64,000 bases of DNA, taken from NCBI RefSeq assembly GCF_016433145.1, contig NC_058132.1, forward strand, positions 154,457,702-154,521,701. The letters are read 5' to 3'. The translations under genes were made by a program, and so were the position numbers. The notes beneath the pieces were generated by a model. The model was given only the letters and a program-made list of their open reading frames with translations. It was not told where the DNA came from and did not search any database. This document shows positions 1 through 13,204 of the stretch, one piece after another. Source of the stretch: Gracilinanus agilis (taxonomy: Eukaryota). How positions within the stretch are numbered: position 1 is the stretch's first letter; each line of letters begins with the position of its first letter.

Positions 1-519
1 TTTTTGGGGTGGATTTTTACCCTTCTTTGGATTCTAGGTATCCCAGACCATGAAAATAACTCAAGTTGCTTTGTCTTCCGTATATAATTTCTGTCTTTGA
101 GGGGTTTGAGAGGCCATGGGGATAGGAGAAAATATCTAGTTTGCCATCTTATTGCTCATGTGACTTGGCAGCCCTCCAACAATAGCTATTTAAAATTAAG
201 TCAAATGTTGTCATCTGGAAGAAGTAGTAATGTTATTGCTCAGCTTCATAGAAAGAAGCAGAACCAATCACTATAAGATATCTTTTGTATCAATCTAAGG
301 AAGAACTTATTAAATAGACAATAGAGACATTTGAACATGGAACTGATTGCCTTGTTGCAGTAATGAGTAACTTTCTTATTCCAAGAAACAGAGTAGAAAC
401 AGCATAATTATATGTCAGGGGTACTTGTACTGCCTACAATTGGTGGGAAACTTGACTAGTTAACATTTAAGGCTCTTCCCTTCTTAATTTATTGATCTAT
501 GAATCATCATCATTATCTT

Positions 520-735
520 TATTGGTAACATTTATATGATATTTTAAAGCACTCAATGTGCTTTACAAATATCCCGACATTTCAAGGATAATATTTGGTG
601 ATATTATTACTCCCATTTTATGGATGAGGAAACTAAGTAAGATTAAGTGAAACAGGAAATAAATATTTGAGGCCAGATTTTAACTCAGATTTTCCTGACT
701 TCACATTTAGTGCTCTCTCCCCACTTAGCTGCCTA
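520..735 (-). mobile_element. MIR/Ther-type CORE-SINE fragment
   Basis: CORE motif cccattttatggatgaggaaact...gattaagtga and reversed tRNA-like head ending gctgcct. Confidence 0.7.
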
Positions 736-1128
736 TAATTTTATACTATTATAAAAAAGCAAATAGCCCAATATAAATATCCACATGAGTGTTATCTTCT
801 TCAATGCAGTCATACGGGGAAGTTAACCTCAATACTTTCTATTAATTATTATTTTTTAAATCCTTACCCTTCTATCTTAGTATCATTTCTAAGACAGAAA
901 TGTGGCTATGGCTAGATAGTAATACCTTACTTTTGTAATTCTCCCCAAAAATATATTAATTAGTTTAATATCATTATCAACTTATTAAAATTGTACTTAA
1001 CTCTAACTTACTTTTGTTGCTCGTAAAAATAAAATCCATCCTCAAAGGATAAAGATGTTAGATTGGGGATATTCAAAATAATATGGTTCTGAAGGTATCT
1101 TCAAAAGTGACATCAATAATCAATAGAT

Positions 1129-1307
1129 GAGGCAGCTATATGGTCCAATGGACAGAGAGTCAGGCCTGGAGTTGGGAGGACCTAGGTTCAAATCTGGCCT
1201 CAGATACATCTTTCCTTTGTGACTTTGCACAAGTCATTTAACACCCATTGCCAAACTCTTATTATTCTTCTGCCTTGGAACCAATCTATTCTAAGATGGA
1301 AGGTTTT
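1129..1307 (+). mobile_element. Opossum-type tRNA-derived SINE (SINE1_Mdo-like), older copy
   Basis: gaggcagcta head, B-box ggttcaaatc, tail cttctgccttggaaccaat...aagatggaagg. Confidence 0.85.
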
Positions 1308-1544
1308 CTTGAGTGGGTTACCAATTGATTGTGCAGATGATTCTAAATAAAGAGCTCCCCAAATGTCTTCAGCAATGGTAGCACCAATAGAAAAAGCCTC
1401 CAAAGGTGTTTGCTTGGATGAAGAGTTCTCATTTGAATATGCAGTAAAAGCTATAGTTTATTCAGGATTTTAAGTATTCTCCCTCCTTGTGGTCACTTCT
1501 CATAGAACTGTTGCAAATAAAAGTATATTTGATCTTCTGTCATA

Positions 1545-1670
1545 GAATGTAAATTTCTAGAGGACAGAAATGGTTTCATTTCTATATTTTTATCCCCACC
1601 ATATAGCATGCTTTCTATCTAGCACATTCAGTACATAGTAGGCATTTAATAAATATTTCTTGATTGATCT
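1545..1670 (+). mobile_element. L2 3' terminal fragment
   Basis: gtacatagtaggcatttaataaatatttcttgattga matches the L2 3' end. Confidence 0.7.
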
Positions 1671-2924
1671 ATCATTGAGTGAAACTGTCCCATGGGAATC
1701 TCATTATTTTAACACATAATAACCACCAGGATAACAAAAGCAAAAAGACACTACCCAGACAAAGAAAAATCACATAGACTCATACAGAAATACATGGAAA
1801 TACCTAGAAAAATTCACATAACATTTTTTTTCCTAGCAGATGTTTAACTGTTAATACTTCTGATGGGAGGCATGGCTTAATGCCCCATGGGCTTCAGCAT
1901 AAATTAACTCAACTAATTGAAATGAAGTCCAAGGGGAAACCTAACCAGACACACATAGGTTTTCAGCAGCAGGATTGGGAGTGGGAGGGACAAGGAAAGC
2001 AAAGAAAGCAAGAATAGGAGAAGCATCACTAAAAAGGCATAGACTTCCAGTCAGATTCGTTTTCCTTCTATTTCATTGCTACAGAAATTCAGCCATCTGG
2101 TAATCTCCTCCAAAACCCCACTTCTTGTCAATCACTTGTAATGACAACACAATAGGGAGAAAAAAACTGGGCACCAGATATGTGTGGGTCCTAAAAAATG
2201 CATACCCACACAAACTGTCCTTGCCTGGTGAGTGTTTGAAAATACTACTTCCCATTGAAGCCCCATCCAAAGGACTCCAACATCTTCTTCTCCCCAAGGG
2301 GTCTAAGGATGACTTTAATGGTTTTTAATGAAGATGGAAGCTGAGATGACTGACTCTGTATTAGAAAATCCAGTTGGGTTGACACTAGGAGCTGGGCTGT
2401 GTGCCAGTACATGTCCCATTGCAGTCAATGGGGAAATGATATGACTCTCAGCTTCTGGCAAGGCATGCTAAAAAAGAGCCTTAAGATGAGGGTACAGTCC
2501 TATGAATCACAGGGAAGGTGAAATCCTTAAATAAATTTGGGCCCTGGATTCAGAAGAGAACTTGTCAAGGGTGCTTTATTTATCAATGCCAACTCACCAA
2601 AGCACTATCCAGACTGAATTCAATTCAGTGGCTTATCTAATCCAAGCTTGGTTCATTGGCCTTGCACTTTGGAAATGACTTTTACGGAAGCACCAGTTGG
2701 GTTTCAAAGGAGAGACTGGGAAGACAAAAAGGATTTTCATGAGAGAATATTTCCTCTCTTCCCTGTCGTACCAAAGAAGCCTGCTATTTCCAGCTGCCAA
2801 AATAAACTTCCTAAGGCATATATCTGACCATATCATTCCTTCTGCACAAAAATCTTCACTGATTTCCTATTACCTCTCAAATAAAAATAAATTCCTGAGG
2901 TTTAAAGGTCTTCTTTGATTTCCT

Positions 2925-3158
2925 GAGGCTGCTAGATGGCACATAGAATAGAGCACTGGGCTTGGAATCAGAAAGACTCAGTTTTATGAGTTCAAATCTG
3001 GACTCGTGGCCCTGAGCAAGTCAGCTCTGTTGGCCTCAGTTTCTCATTTGTAAAGTGAACTGAAGAAGGAAATGGCAGACCACTCCAAGATCTTTACCAA
3101 GAACACCAAGAAATGGGCTCACGAAGAGTCAGACAGACCTGAAGGACTCAACCACAAC
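2925..3158 (+). mobile_element. Mar1-type CORE-SINE (Bov-B/RTE-like tail)
   Basis: Core gcctcagtttctcatttgtaaa followed by gaaggaaatggcagaccactcca...cacgaagagtcagac...caac. Confidence 0.85.
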
Positions 3159-3844
3159 TTCTCCAGTATTTCGAAAGTTATTTTCATACAAGATCCAGCT
3201 CAAACTACCAGATCCTGATTCTTGTCTGTAGACCTGAAGGGCCAAATCATTGCCTGTTCCTTTTTGCTATCAGGCAGGATCCTGGCTTAAGAGGATACAG
3301 CAAAACCACCTATAATGATGCTGATCCTCAAGAGAAGGGAACTCCCTGAATTAGTTGCTTAATTACGTGCCTCCCTCAATAGACCTCTCTTCAGTAACTG
3401 ACACTCTGCCTTGACTCATTTACTCAGCGGATGGCACTCTCCCACCCACCACTGTCTTCCCATCCCCGTGAAACCTAGTTGTCATTGTACAAAGCCCATT
3501 CCCTGTCCTCGCCAATTCCCCCTAAACCCTGCCCCAACAATGTCACACTTCAAATATATCTATACTTTCTAAAATGCCTATTCCATAATTACCACATTTT
3601 TCCTTTTCCAATTTCTCCATCTTCTGCTTCTCGCTGAGATCATGATATGCTTCTCACTTAGACCACTGACACTATAACCAGATCAATCTTTCCAGTGCTG
3701 GTTCCATTTTCATTTATATCCCCTGACTCACTGGTCATGAGGGGAGTTTCAAAGTGCTCCTTGTTCTCCATTGCCGCTTTTATGACCAACACTCAGCAAC
3801 ATCTTCTCGTTGGAGGTACATTCAATCCAAATATATGACTACTA

Positions 3845-4110
3845 AATCAATCAGAGAGGGCCTACAAGGTGCCAGACACTATGTTAAGCAATAGAGATAC
3901 AAAGAAACACTAGAAAATAAAAATAAATAAATATGCAAAATCTAGCCCCATCTTTCAAGGATCTCACAGGTTATTGGGGAAGACGCCATGCAAACAAATA
4001 CGTACCAACCAGAAATATACAGTATAAAGTAGTGGTAGTCTCTGAGGGGAGACTCTGTGATTAAGGAGGACAGGGAAAAGCTCCTGGCCATAAAGGTAGT
4101 ATTTAGCTAC
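3845..4110 (-). mobile_element. Opposite-orientation L2 3' fragment inside the long L2
   Basis: gcctacaaggtgccagacactatgttaagcaatagagatacaaag is the reverse of an L2 terminus. Confidence 0.6.
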
Positions 4111-5064
4111 TGTTCCCCAATATGTTTTTCTGCCTTCCTCAGTGTGATCACTGCCTGGCTCACAGTCTCTTTTTTTCCACCCCAACTCTTGCCCTTATAC
4201 TTGGGGATTTAAATGTACCTATTGATTTTCCCTCAAATGCTTTGGCTTCCCACCTGAAAGATATAGCCACATGTATTTTACTCATTTGTGAACTCTGAAA
4301 TTGCTTTATCTGATCATCATCCATTTCTATCCTATTTTTTCCTTTGCTGTATGAGCCCTAATCCTATTTTTCACTACCACTCTGACTTCCAAATCCTCTA
4401 CCTCTCACTTCTTTCTCAAGCCATCAATCCTGCACTGGCTACACCCTCCTGCCTTCTCCATCTTGGCCCTTTGGTGAATCATTTCAATTCTACAATATTT
4501 TCTACTCTTGATTCCTTTGCTCCTTTATCCTACTTAGTCAAACCTTATCCATGGAATATTCCTGCCTTTGGGTCCTACTAATGTGATGCTGAACAGAGGT
4601 GGAAAAAATCCCCTAACTAGATCCACTATGAACATTACAAATTTATGTTATACGATACCAACTATGACCTCACTGCAGCAAGATAATTCTCCCTTATTGA
4701 TTCCTTATATAACTCACCATAGTAGCTGTTTCAAACATTTTAACTCTTCTTATAGTGTCCGTGGCACCCTTCCCAACACTCTCTCAGGTAAGGGCTTTTC
4801 TCCTATTTCACCAAAAAGAATTAAGGAAATTTGCTAAGAACTCCCTCTTCTCCCTTCTTCCTCTCATATCACTAAGATGTATCTCTCTTTTATCTTCCTT
4901 CACCCTTGCCTTACAAGAAGGGTTGGCTCTTCTCTCGTCCAAGACAAACCCCTATACATACACATTGTATACTGTCCTGTCTTCTCACTAATGTACTGAT
5001 TCTTTCTTAGCTCTCTATAAACATTTTCGATTTTCCTCAAATCCTATCCTTAAAAATCACTCAT

Positions 5065-5260
5065 GGGGGAGCAGCTAGGTGGCTCAGAGGATTGAGAGTC
5101 AGGCACAGAGAAGGGAGGTTTGGGTTCATATCTGGCCTCAGACATTTCCTAGCTGTGGGACCCTGGGCAAGTAACTTAACCCCCACTGCCTAGCCTTTAT
5201 TGCTCTTTTGCCTCAGGAGCAATGCATAGTATTGATTCCAAGACAGAAGGTAAGATTAAA
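5065..5260 (+). mobile_element. SINE1_Mdo-like SINE with 13-bp TSD
   Basis: ggggagcagctaggtggctcag head and A tail. TSD aaaaatcactcat (5052-5064) / aaaaatcattcat (5261-5273). Confidence 0.92.
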
Positions 5261-5451
5261 AAAAATCATTCATAGGATTCAACCATTTTCTATATCTTTT
5301 GTCTATGTATTCTCCCTATCTTAGCTAAACTCTTGATAAAGTTGTCTATAGCCAGATGATTTTCTCCTCTCACTTGATTCTGATCTCTTCATTCAATCAA
5401 AAAATGCTCTCTCTAGTTACCAATGAGCTCTTCTTTATTTTCCCTTGTGAT

Positions 5452-5845
5452 TTTTTAAAATTAATTTATATATTTTTTGGTTTGTTACATTGAAACTCCC
5501 AGGTTTTTCTCATCCTTCCTCTATTCCCTGTATTGGAAGAGACATCATTTAACAAAAAGGTATATCTATATATAAAACTATGTCTTGCTTCTTTCTAATT
5601 ATCAGTTCTTTCTTTGGTGATGGACACACACAGATCATTCTTCAAATAATATTTTTGTTCAACATAATATATTTACATATATTAAAAACTCTTAGTTTTG
5701 CTTATTTCACTCTTTATAATTTCATGTAGGTCTTTCCTGTTTCTTCTAAAATTAACCTGCTCATCATTTCTTATGGCACAATAGTTATCCATCATAATCA
5801 CATACTACAGCTCATTTAGCCATTCCTCAACTGATAGGCAATGAC
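5452..5845 (-). mobile_element. Old marsupial L1 3' end fragment inserted in L2
   Basis: ttcatgtaggtctttcc...catcatttcttatggcacaatag...tttagccattcctcaactgatagg is a reversed L1 ORF2 end/3'UTR. The T-rich left boundary is the reversed poly-A. Confidence 0.75.
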
Positions 5846-8358
5846 CTCTTATTTGTCAGATCTAATGGTTTTTACTGAACCTTTTGAAACTTCCTAGTGC
5901 CATGGACTTCTTTCTTGCATATTTTCTACTGTAGGTTTTCTTGGCATTGTTCTCTTCAGACTCTTCCCCTTATGATTTCTCTTCAAAAACCTTTCACTAT
6001 AGGTGTATTTCCTATAGGTGTCCCTCAAGGCTCTGACCTGATCCTTTGTTTCTTCTTTCTCTCTATTGCACTATCTTGCTTGGTGGTCTCATCAGTTCCT
6101 AGGGGTTCAGTAAATCACTTCTATAACAGATGACTCTCAGATGTATATATTCATTCCTAATATCAACCCAGGGTTCCTGGCTCACATCACGAACCATCTT
6201 TTAGATATCTAAAACTAGATGCATGTAGTCATATGAAAATCAAGGTGTCCAAAATAGACTTCATTATTTTTCCCTCAAATTTTCCCTTCTTCCACATTAC
6301 CTTATTATTGCTGATAGAACCAACATCCTTCCAGGCAACCCAGTTCTGGATCCTATGTATCACCTTCAGTTTTTTTACTAGCACTCACCAATTTGTTTGT
6401 TTACTAGCACTATATCCAATTTGTTACCAAGTCTTGTTGCTTCTATCTTCACAATTTAGTTATATATTCCCCTCTTTCCACTTAAACAATTGCTACCATG
6501 CTGTGGGCTTTCATCTCTTCATGTCTGGGTTAGGGAAGTAACTTTCTGGTTGGTCTTCTTGCCTCATAATCCATTCCCATTCCAATCTATCCTCCACTCA
6601 GGTGCCAAAGTAATCTTCCTAACATAAGACTTTGTCTATGTCTCACACTCTTCCTCACTCCCTCACCTCCACCCCAGCCTACTCAATAAACTCCAATAGA
6701 TCTCTATATGTCAGATATAAAATGCTTTGTTCAGTGTTTATGCCCTTTACAAGCTGGCCCCTCTCTAGCTTTCCAGACATGAAGAAGTAACCCTGGCCAG
6801 CTTCCTATTCTTCAAACACCCAACTTTGTTTTCCATCCCTATGCCTTTTAACTGGTTGCTTCCAATGCTCAGAATGTTCTTCCCCCTCAACTCAACCTGC
6901 TGACTTTCCTAGCTTCCTTTAACACTAGGCTCAAATCCTGTTTTCTGCAAAAGATCTTTCTCAATCCCTTGAACTGCCTTATAACTTTCCATTTAAAATG
7001 GGCAAAAAGGAGAGTTCTTTTAAAGCAGGGATTGTTTTTTTTTTCCTTTCTTTGTACCCATAGTACCTAGTTCAGTTTCTGGTATATAGTAAGCTAAATA
7101 AATGCACATTGAATAATTTTCACACCAAATCTGTAAGGTTATTATCTCCATATTGCAGATGAGTAAGGTGAAACTCAGACAGTTTAAACAACTGCCCTTT
7201 CATCCTAGGTCTTTATGACTCCATTTTTGGTACTTCCATTCAACTACTCTGCCTTGAAAATCATCTTATAAAACAAGAGCAAGGCCAATAATAATTATGC
7301 AATTTTCCTTTTGAATGTGAAATGCTTTAACAAGCCTTATGAGATCACTATGTTTGAGCCTAATGTTAGCCTTTACCCATTTCTGAGCATCAATTCTTAA
7401 ACTGACACTGGAATAACTTTCTACTTTTGAAACATTGGGACTCCATTTTGGGTTCTACAGAGTAATTTCAATTTCCTTTCCTGAGTATAATCTATACAGA
7501 AAACTAGCTCCATTTGACCTAGACATTTGCCTGACAAAATGGCTTGACTGACTTGCTTATTTTACAAGTGCACCTCAGTTTCCATTTCATTAATGCATAT
7601 TGGATGATCTGTTACCAGTTTCACAACACAAGGATACTTTCCCCCCATAATGTTTCCCAACATGGTGTATATCATCAGATGGTGAAATAACTTACACTCA
7701 CCCCTCTGAGCACTTGGCATGCACCTCCCCTCCTTTATCCGCACAGTGGGAAGTTTATAGTCAATATGAATTGTAATAGCTCCAAAGGGCTGAATTCTCA
7801 GCACTCTCCAGCTGTAGAACTCTCCGAGGCGAGACATGGGTAGAGTGACAACAACTCAACGTGAAGTTTTTAATTCCCTTTTGTATCTAACTTGTATCTT
7901 GAAAGAGACACTGCTGTGAACCTCCTGGCTCTCTTTCACTCTGTCTTCAAACTCATTCACCAGCCAAGCAGGCGGAGGAAGGCTGCAGAAGAGCCCTCTC
8001 TCACTGGGCTGCTCTATCGATTTGCTAGGCAGAGAAGAGAGTTTTCATTTGAAAAGAAGCAAAAAAAAAATTCTCCAAGCCTATATTTAACCATCAGATG
8101 AGGGCACCAGCAAAACATCTTGACAGCACTGAGGTGGGTGGATAGTGTTGAACATATCACTGAGGTATTCATTATTTTTTGCAGCATGATTCCTCGATAG
8201 TCTGGCCTCAAAGCCAGGTATCCCAGGTAAAGCACAAATAAGCATAATCCATTAGGCTATTATATCTCTTTACAAAGAAACGACGAGAATATGTCACATG
8301 TCATATCTTAAAACTGGGCCACTCTCTAACTGATGGAGTATTCTCTTAGAATAAAAGG

Positions 8359-8360
<2 letters not shown>

Positions 8361-8412
<52 letters not shown>
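8361..8412. repeat. (GT)n microsatellite, about 26 units
   Basis: Read directly. Confidence 0.99.
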
Positions 8413-8414
<2 letters not shown>

Positions 8415-11400
8415 AGTAAGGATCAGAACGAGAGAGAAACAAGAAAAACACAATAATAAATAATATCCTTTTGGTGGAAATCAGATGCCTCTAGTTGGCA
8501 CTTTGTAATCATCCTTGAACATAAAAAGTGGTTGGGAAAATTCTAAACAATTATTAATTTCTCTTGCCTGAGCACCATGGAAGTTTAAATTTCATGACCT
8601 GGATATAGGAAGAGGTTAGACAACCATGGATCCAAGGTGAAATTTTATCTTTAGGGTTTCTTCTCCATTTTCATTGCTGTTACTCCCTGGTAGTGACACT
8701 TGTTTTTATCTTTTATATATGGTCCCCTCATTTTGCATCTGCTGGACTCCAAGACCTTGTCAGAGTCATGCTCTTTCTGCTCCTTTGAGGCTTGTTTCTT
8801 CTCCAGTTCTTACAAAAAGGACCTAATACATCAGTCTTCTAAGTGGCAAACTCATCCCTAGTCATTAAGAAGAATAGGAGTATGAAACTAGTATTTACTT
8901 TGAGTAAATGAGGCAAAGGATTTGTCATGGCAGGAGTGTATGTGAAAGACACCATTCCCTCTTCTGCTCATCTAGTGTTATTTAAATGCCTCCTTGAGGC
9001 TTATAAAAGTTTGTCCATAACTTCCCGTTTCACAATGAAAGTTGAAACTAAAAGTTATGACTTAAATGGTACAAATGGTATGGGGGAACACAGGCTAGAT
9101 TCTGCAATCTGGAAGAGTTAAAATGAACTTACTTGACCTCACTCAAACAGGAATGAGGACTGGGGATAGATGACTCAATGATGCCCCTTTTTTTGTCAAG
9201 ATGATATAAAGGTACAACTAACAAAAAAGCTGAAAGTGTTGCTGATTAATGCCCACAGTGTGTTGGCCTCACATGGTCCCAGAAAAAGAGCAAACTACTC
9301 CTGGGGAGAAGCAACATAACACTTTTTCCAACCCCGGCAGAAAGAAGAGTCACAGAAACAGATGACAGCTTCAGATGATGGCAGAAACAGTTTGTCAGAA
9401 AATCAGAAAATAGAAGTTTTAGAGAAAGAGAGTAGTGACAAACAGTGGAGTTTCACAGAATGATGGCTATAGGAACAGAGAGGAGAGACAGCATCAAGGA
9501 GACCCTTAATGGTACACCAAGGGAGTTGAAAGAGGAAGAAATAAGAAATAGCAAAGATGTTTGCTAGGAGATGAAGGTTTGAAAGATTCTCCAATCTTGA
9601 TGCTAACCCTTGCACAACCAGGAATATGTTTCCTGGAAAGATATTCCCTTCCTTCCTCATTAAGGTGTAAGTCCAAAAGAGATTAAACCTGTTTGTGAAA
9701 TGGGTGGAAGGTATAAGAATGGTTTGGTAGCTTAATTACCTCCATTGTTTTTCATTCTGTCCCAATTAAAGACTTTGCTATTTGATCTTTGGTTCCTGAT
9801 TGGTATATCCATAAGGAATTCCTGGGAAGAGATTTCAGTCTTATTTGGATGATCATTAACCAAAACACATCACAATGAATTTGAGGTTTGAGACTTCAGT
9901 TAGACCTGTATAATATTTGTAATTCTGGAGACAAGTGTATCATCAAAGAGTTAGAATGGGCTTCAATGATTTAGTCCAAATCCTCTTGGTTTACAGGTAT
10001 AGAAAATTAGGCCCAAAGGAGAAAACTGACTTGTCAAAGTTGCACAACTAGCTTACTAAGAAAGAAAAGCTGAGTGCCCAAGTATCCTGACATTCAAACC
10101 ACTAATATTTGTATTACCTTACATAACTTCCTATGCTATATTTGTTTAATCTATAGGAAGGAATGTAATAGGAGGAATTTCAAATCAGGTGGATATGAAG
10201 AAGAGTCTAGTAGGGGAGCTACTTTGGAGCTCACAGGATTCTTTAGTACCCCTCATGTCATATTCTAATAAAATTCCACAAAACTACTTTTCCTTCCCTT
10301 AGGTTTGATCATCTATCTTGGATTGTTTTATGTCTTTGACCTACATGTAAGGGAATGCACCAGATGACCACTAGGTCTTCCTAACAAAATCATTCTATAA
10401 TTAGACAATATTTCTTTGATCATCATGGTATGCTAACTAAAACAAACATGCAAAAACAAAAACATGGTGTTGCATTTTCCTTTTCAAATTATCTGGCTAG
10501 CTAGAGGTCAGTCTCTGCTTTAAATAAGAGGCTAGTAGTATAATGGATTCATGGTTGATTCCTAGCTGTCAGGGAAGACATGTGTTGCAGAGGGATAAAT
10601 GTGAAACTTTCTGAAAAAATGAATTCAAAAGCTACCTCTAGCATTGGTTAATTATATAACTTTGGGCTCCCCATCTTCAAGCCTCAGTTTTTTCTTCTAT
10701 AAAATGGGGGACTGTCTACCTCACAAGATTGTTCTGAGAAATATAGTTTGAATGCTGCCAAGAGCCACATTTATGTAAACTTTAATGCCCAATCTGAACA
10801 CAACCTAAACATCAGTGACCTTCTGTTGCATTGCAGGCACTTATCTCTTGTTGTCATAGAATCACAGAGTCTCAGAGTCTAATTGTCATCGTTTGGTCTA
10901 GCCATGAGATCCTAGGGCTGGCTTAGTGCTTGCTATCCATATGATAATAGCACAGCAGTGTTATCAACAAGAGGTCCTTATAACCATGACAACATGGAAC
11001 ACCATTATTCTACAAAGGGAACCATCACCATGACAACACCTGAGTGACCATAACCAGGTTAAGTGGCTCAGCAAGCAAGGCAATGATTATTGGAAACATG
11101 GATAGCAACATAACTGAAGGATGTCATCAGAGAAGAAAAGGCCAGAAGAGATACCAATGAAGAAAACCAAGGCAGAATCTAGGCAGCAATGCTACAATAG
11201 CAATAATTACAATTGTACAGCTACATGCAGAATACCAATAGATGACCATCTCTTTTACTCTTATATGGCAATAACTCTCAAGAAAACTAGCTTTTGGGGA
11301 GAGATAAGGGAATCACCAAGGAAACAGTGATCCAAATATAATCCCCCAACTGAAATTTTCTTCCCAATGGAAAAGAGAGTCTACAATGTAATCCACATTA

Positions 11401-11502
11401 GTGAAGATGTCAGGCATATGGGGAGGAGATGTGTTGTAACTTTAGTGGTAGAATGTGATTCTGGGAAAGGTTAACCTTGTAAATCAGGTTCAGATAAAAA
11501 GG

Positions 11503-11710
11503 AAGGCAGATATCTGGCTCAGTATATAGATAATTGGTCTTGGAGTAAGGAAGGCTTGAGTTCAAATCTAGTTTTAGATATTTAACTGCCAATATAATCC
11601 TGGGCAGGTCACAATTCTCTTTCTTCAATAGTAAAATGGAGATAATAATAGAACCTTCCTCACAAAGTGGTGTGAAGATAAAATAAGTGCCTGGAATATA
11701 TTAATAAAAG
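11503..11710 (+). mobile_element. MIR/Ther-type SINE
   Basis: B-box gagttcaaatc, gtaaaatggagataataatag core and MIR tail. Confidence 0.75.
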
Positions 11711-12136
11711 CTCATTCCTTTCCCTACCCTGTTAGGCACAAACAAACATGTGGTTATTTACATTACCATATTTATATTGAGAAATAGAAACTTGCGCTTC
11801 TTCTAAGTCTTCCTGATTCTGATCTCCAGCGTTCTTGACTTTGGCTTAGGAAAAGATTCTACTGTTCTGTATTCTTTAACTCATTTCCCATCTGCTTCAT
11901 TTTCTTCCCAACTTATGATTTTTGAATTATAAATACAACCTATAACCTGATCCAAACTCCTTACCAGCCATTTAATAATCTGGATGGGCACATTTCATAT
12001 TGTGTACTATTTCTGACCAAACCTGTTATATGGACTCTTTAAGAAGAAGACATGTCTTCTGTCCTACTAAATAAAGCTCCATGAGAAGAAAAATTGTATC
12101 TTATCAAAATCGTGTATATCTGTTAGAATTTAGCAT

Positions 12137-12182
12137 GGAAGGAAGGAAGGAAGGGAGGAAAGAAAGAAGGAAGGAAGAAAGA
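12137..12182. repeat. Imperfect (GGAA)n
   Basis: Read directly. Confidence 0.9.
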
Positions 12183-12194
12183 GTGGGAGGAAAA

Positions 12195-12900
12195 TACAAA
12201 TAATTGCTATCTGAAAATATAAAATCTATAGTCATAAAATTAAAATTTGAACAAATATGAGATTTTATACTACACTCAATACATTGTCAAAAAAATTTAA
12301 TGCTAGTGGGGTTGTGTATATAAAGGCATTCTGTGATATGGTTTAAAAAACTGGAAATAGGTACAATAAAATATGGCATGTTATTAAAAAACTTTTTATA
12401 AACTATCTAGCAGTTCTAATATCAGGGCCGTGTGTACTCTATAGATGTCATCGATGACAACAAAGAAAGGAAGCATCTGTATAAATCTTTATAGAAGATC
12501 TAATGTTTTACGGGGAAGCTTATGTAGCCACAAAAAATAGAAACAATTCAGGTGTCCAAAGATAGGGGAATGACTGAAAATATTGCCACTTATGAATGCA
12601 AATAAATATTATTGTGCCAGGGACAAATATGAAAATACAAATAAATATGAAATTATTAACATAAAATGATACAGTGAAAAAATCAGAATGCACACATTGA
12701 CTACAACTATGTAAATAATAAAAATAACAAAAACCAGAACAAAAAATTCAAAAGATATAGAAACAAAGAGGATGATGGTATTTCTATTTTAATATGTATT
12801 TTAGTTATGCAAACTTTAAACATGAACTTGTTCATTTTTGATCCATTTATGTTTCTGAATGTCAATTGTTACTGATTATAATAAATTTTAAACATAAAAT
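12195..12900 (+). mobile_element. Old L1 3' fragment (ORF2 C-terminus and 3'UTR)
   Basis: A-rich; gagattttatactacactcaat (HLTP-like region), gtagccacaaaaaatagaaacaattcaggtgtcc, ending in A-rich aataaa. Confidence 0.65.
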
Positions 12901-13204
12901 AAGCACTTTACTGCTTATAATTTGTCAAAAAACCTTAATTGATTTAAGTCAATAAAGCAAAATATAGCTTTAAAGGCTCTTCTCTAACAGGATATATTTC
13001 TATGTATATTTTAAGCTCATTGAAGATTCCTTGATAAATGCAACCTCAGAGATAACTTTGTTTAATTATCCTGAATATTAACATCAAGTGAGTCATAAAA
13101 ACAAAGAGACATATGCTCTTCTAAAGTGTTTAACTCTGTTATATCCTACAGTACAGCCAAAAAGAAGATGGATTTCCTGTTCAGAACAGAGTGGGTGATG
13201 GAAG

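Larger units (their letters stand above)
3400..7095 (+). mobile_element. Long decayed L2 LINE (endonuclease to RT to 3' end), interrupted by later insertions
   Basis: Pyrimidine-rich L2 ORF2-like sequence. RT motif ggtgtccctcaaggctctg (GVPQGS, about 6017-6035), degenerate YADD region (ctataacagatgactctcagat) and L2 terminus ggtatatagtaagctaaataaatg near 7080. Confidence 0.8.

Noticed and set aside
5897-6133. ORF containing GVPQGS as an active reverse transcriptase
   Set aside because: It is a short fragment of a heavily mutated L2 with a broken YADD motif and many stops.
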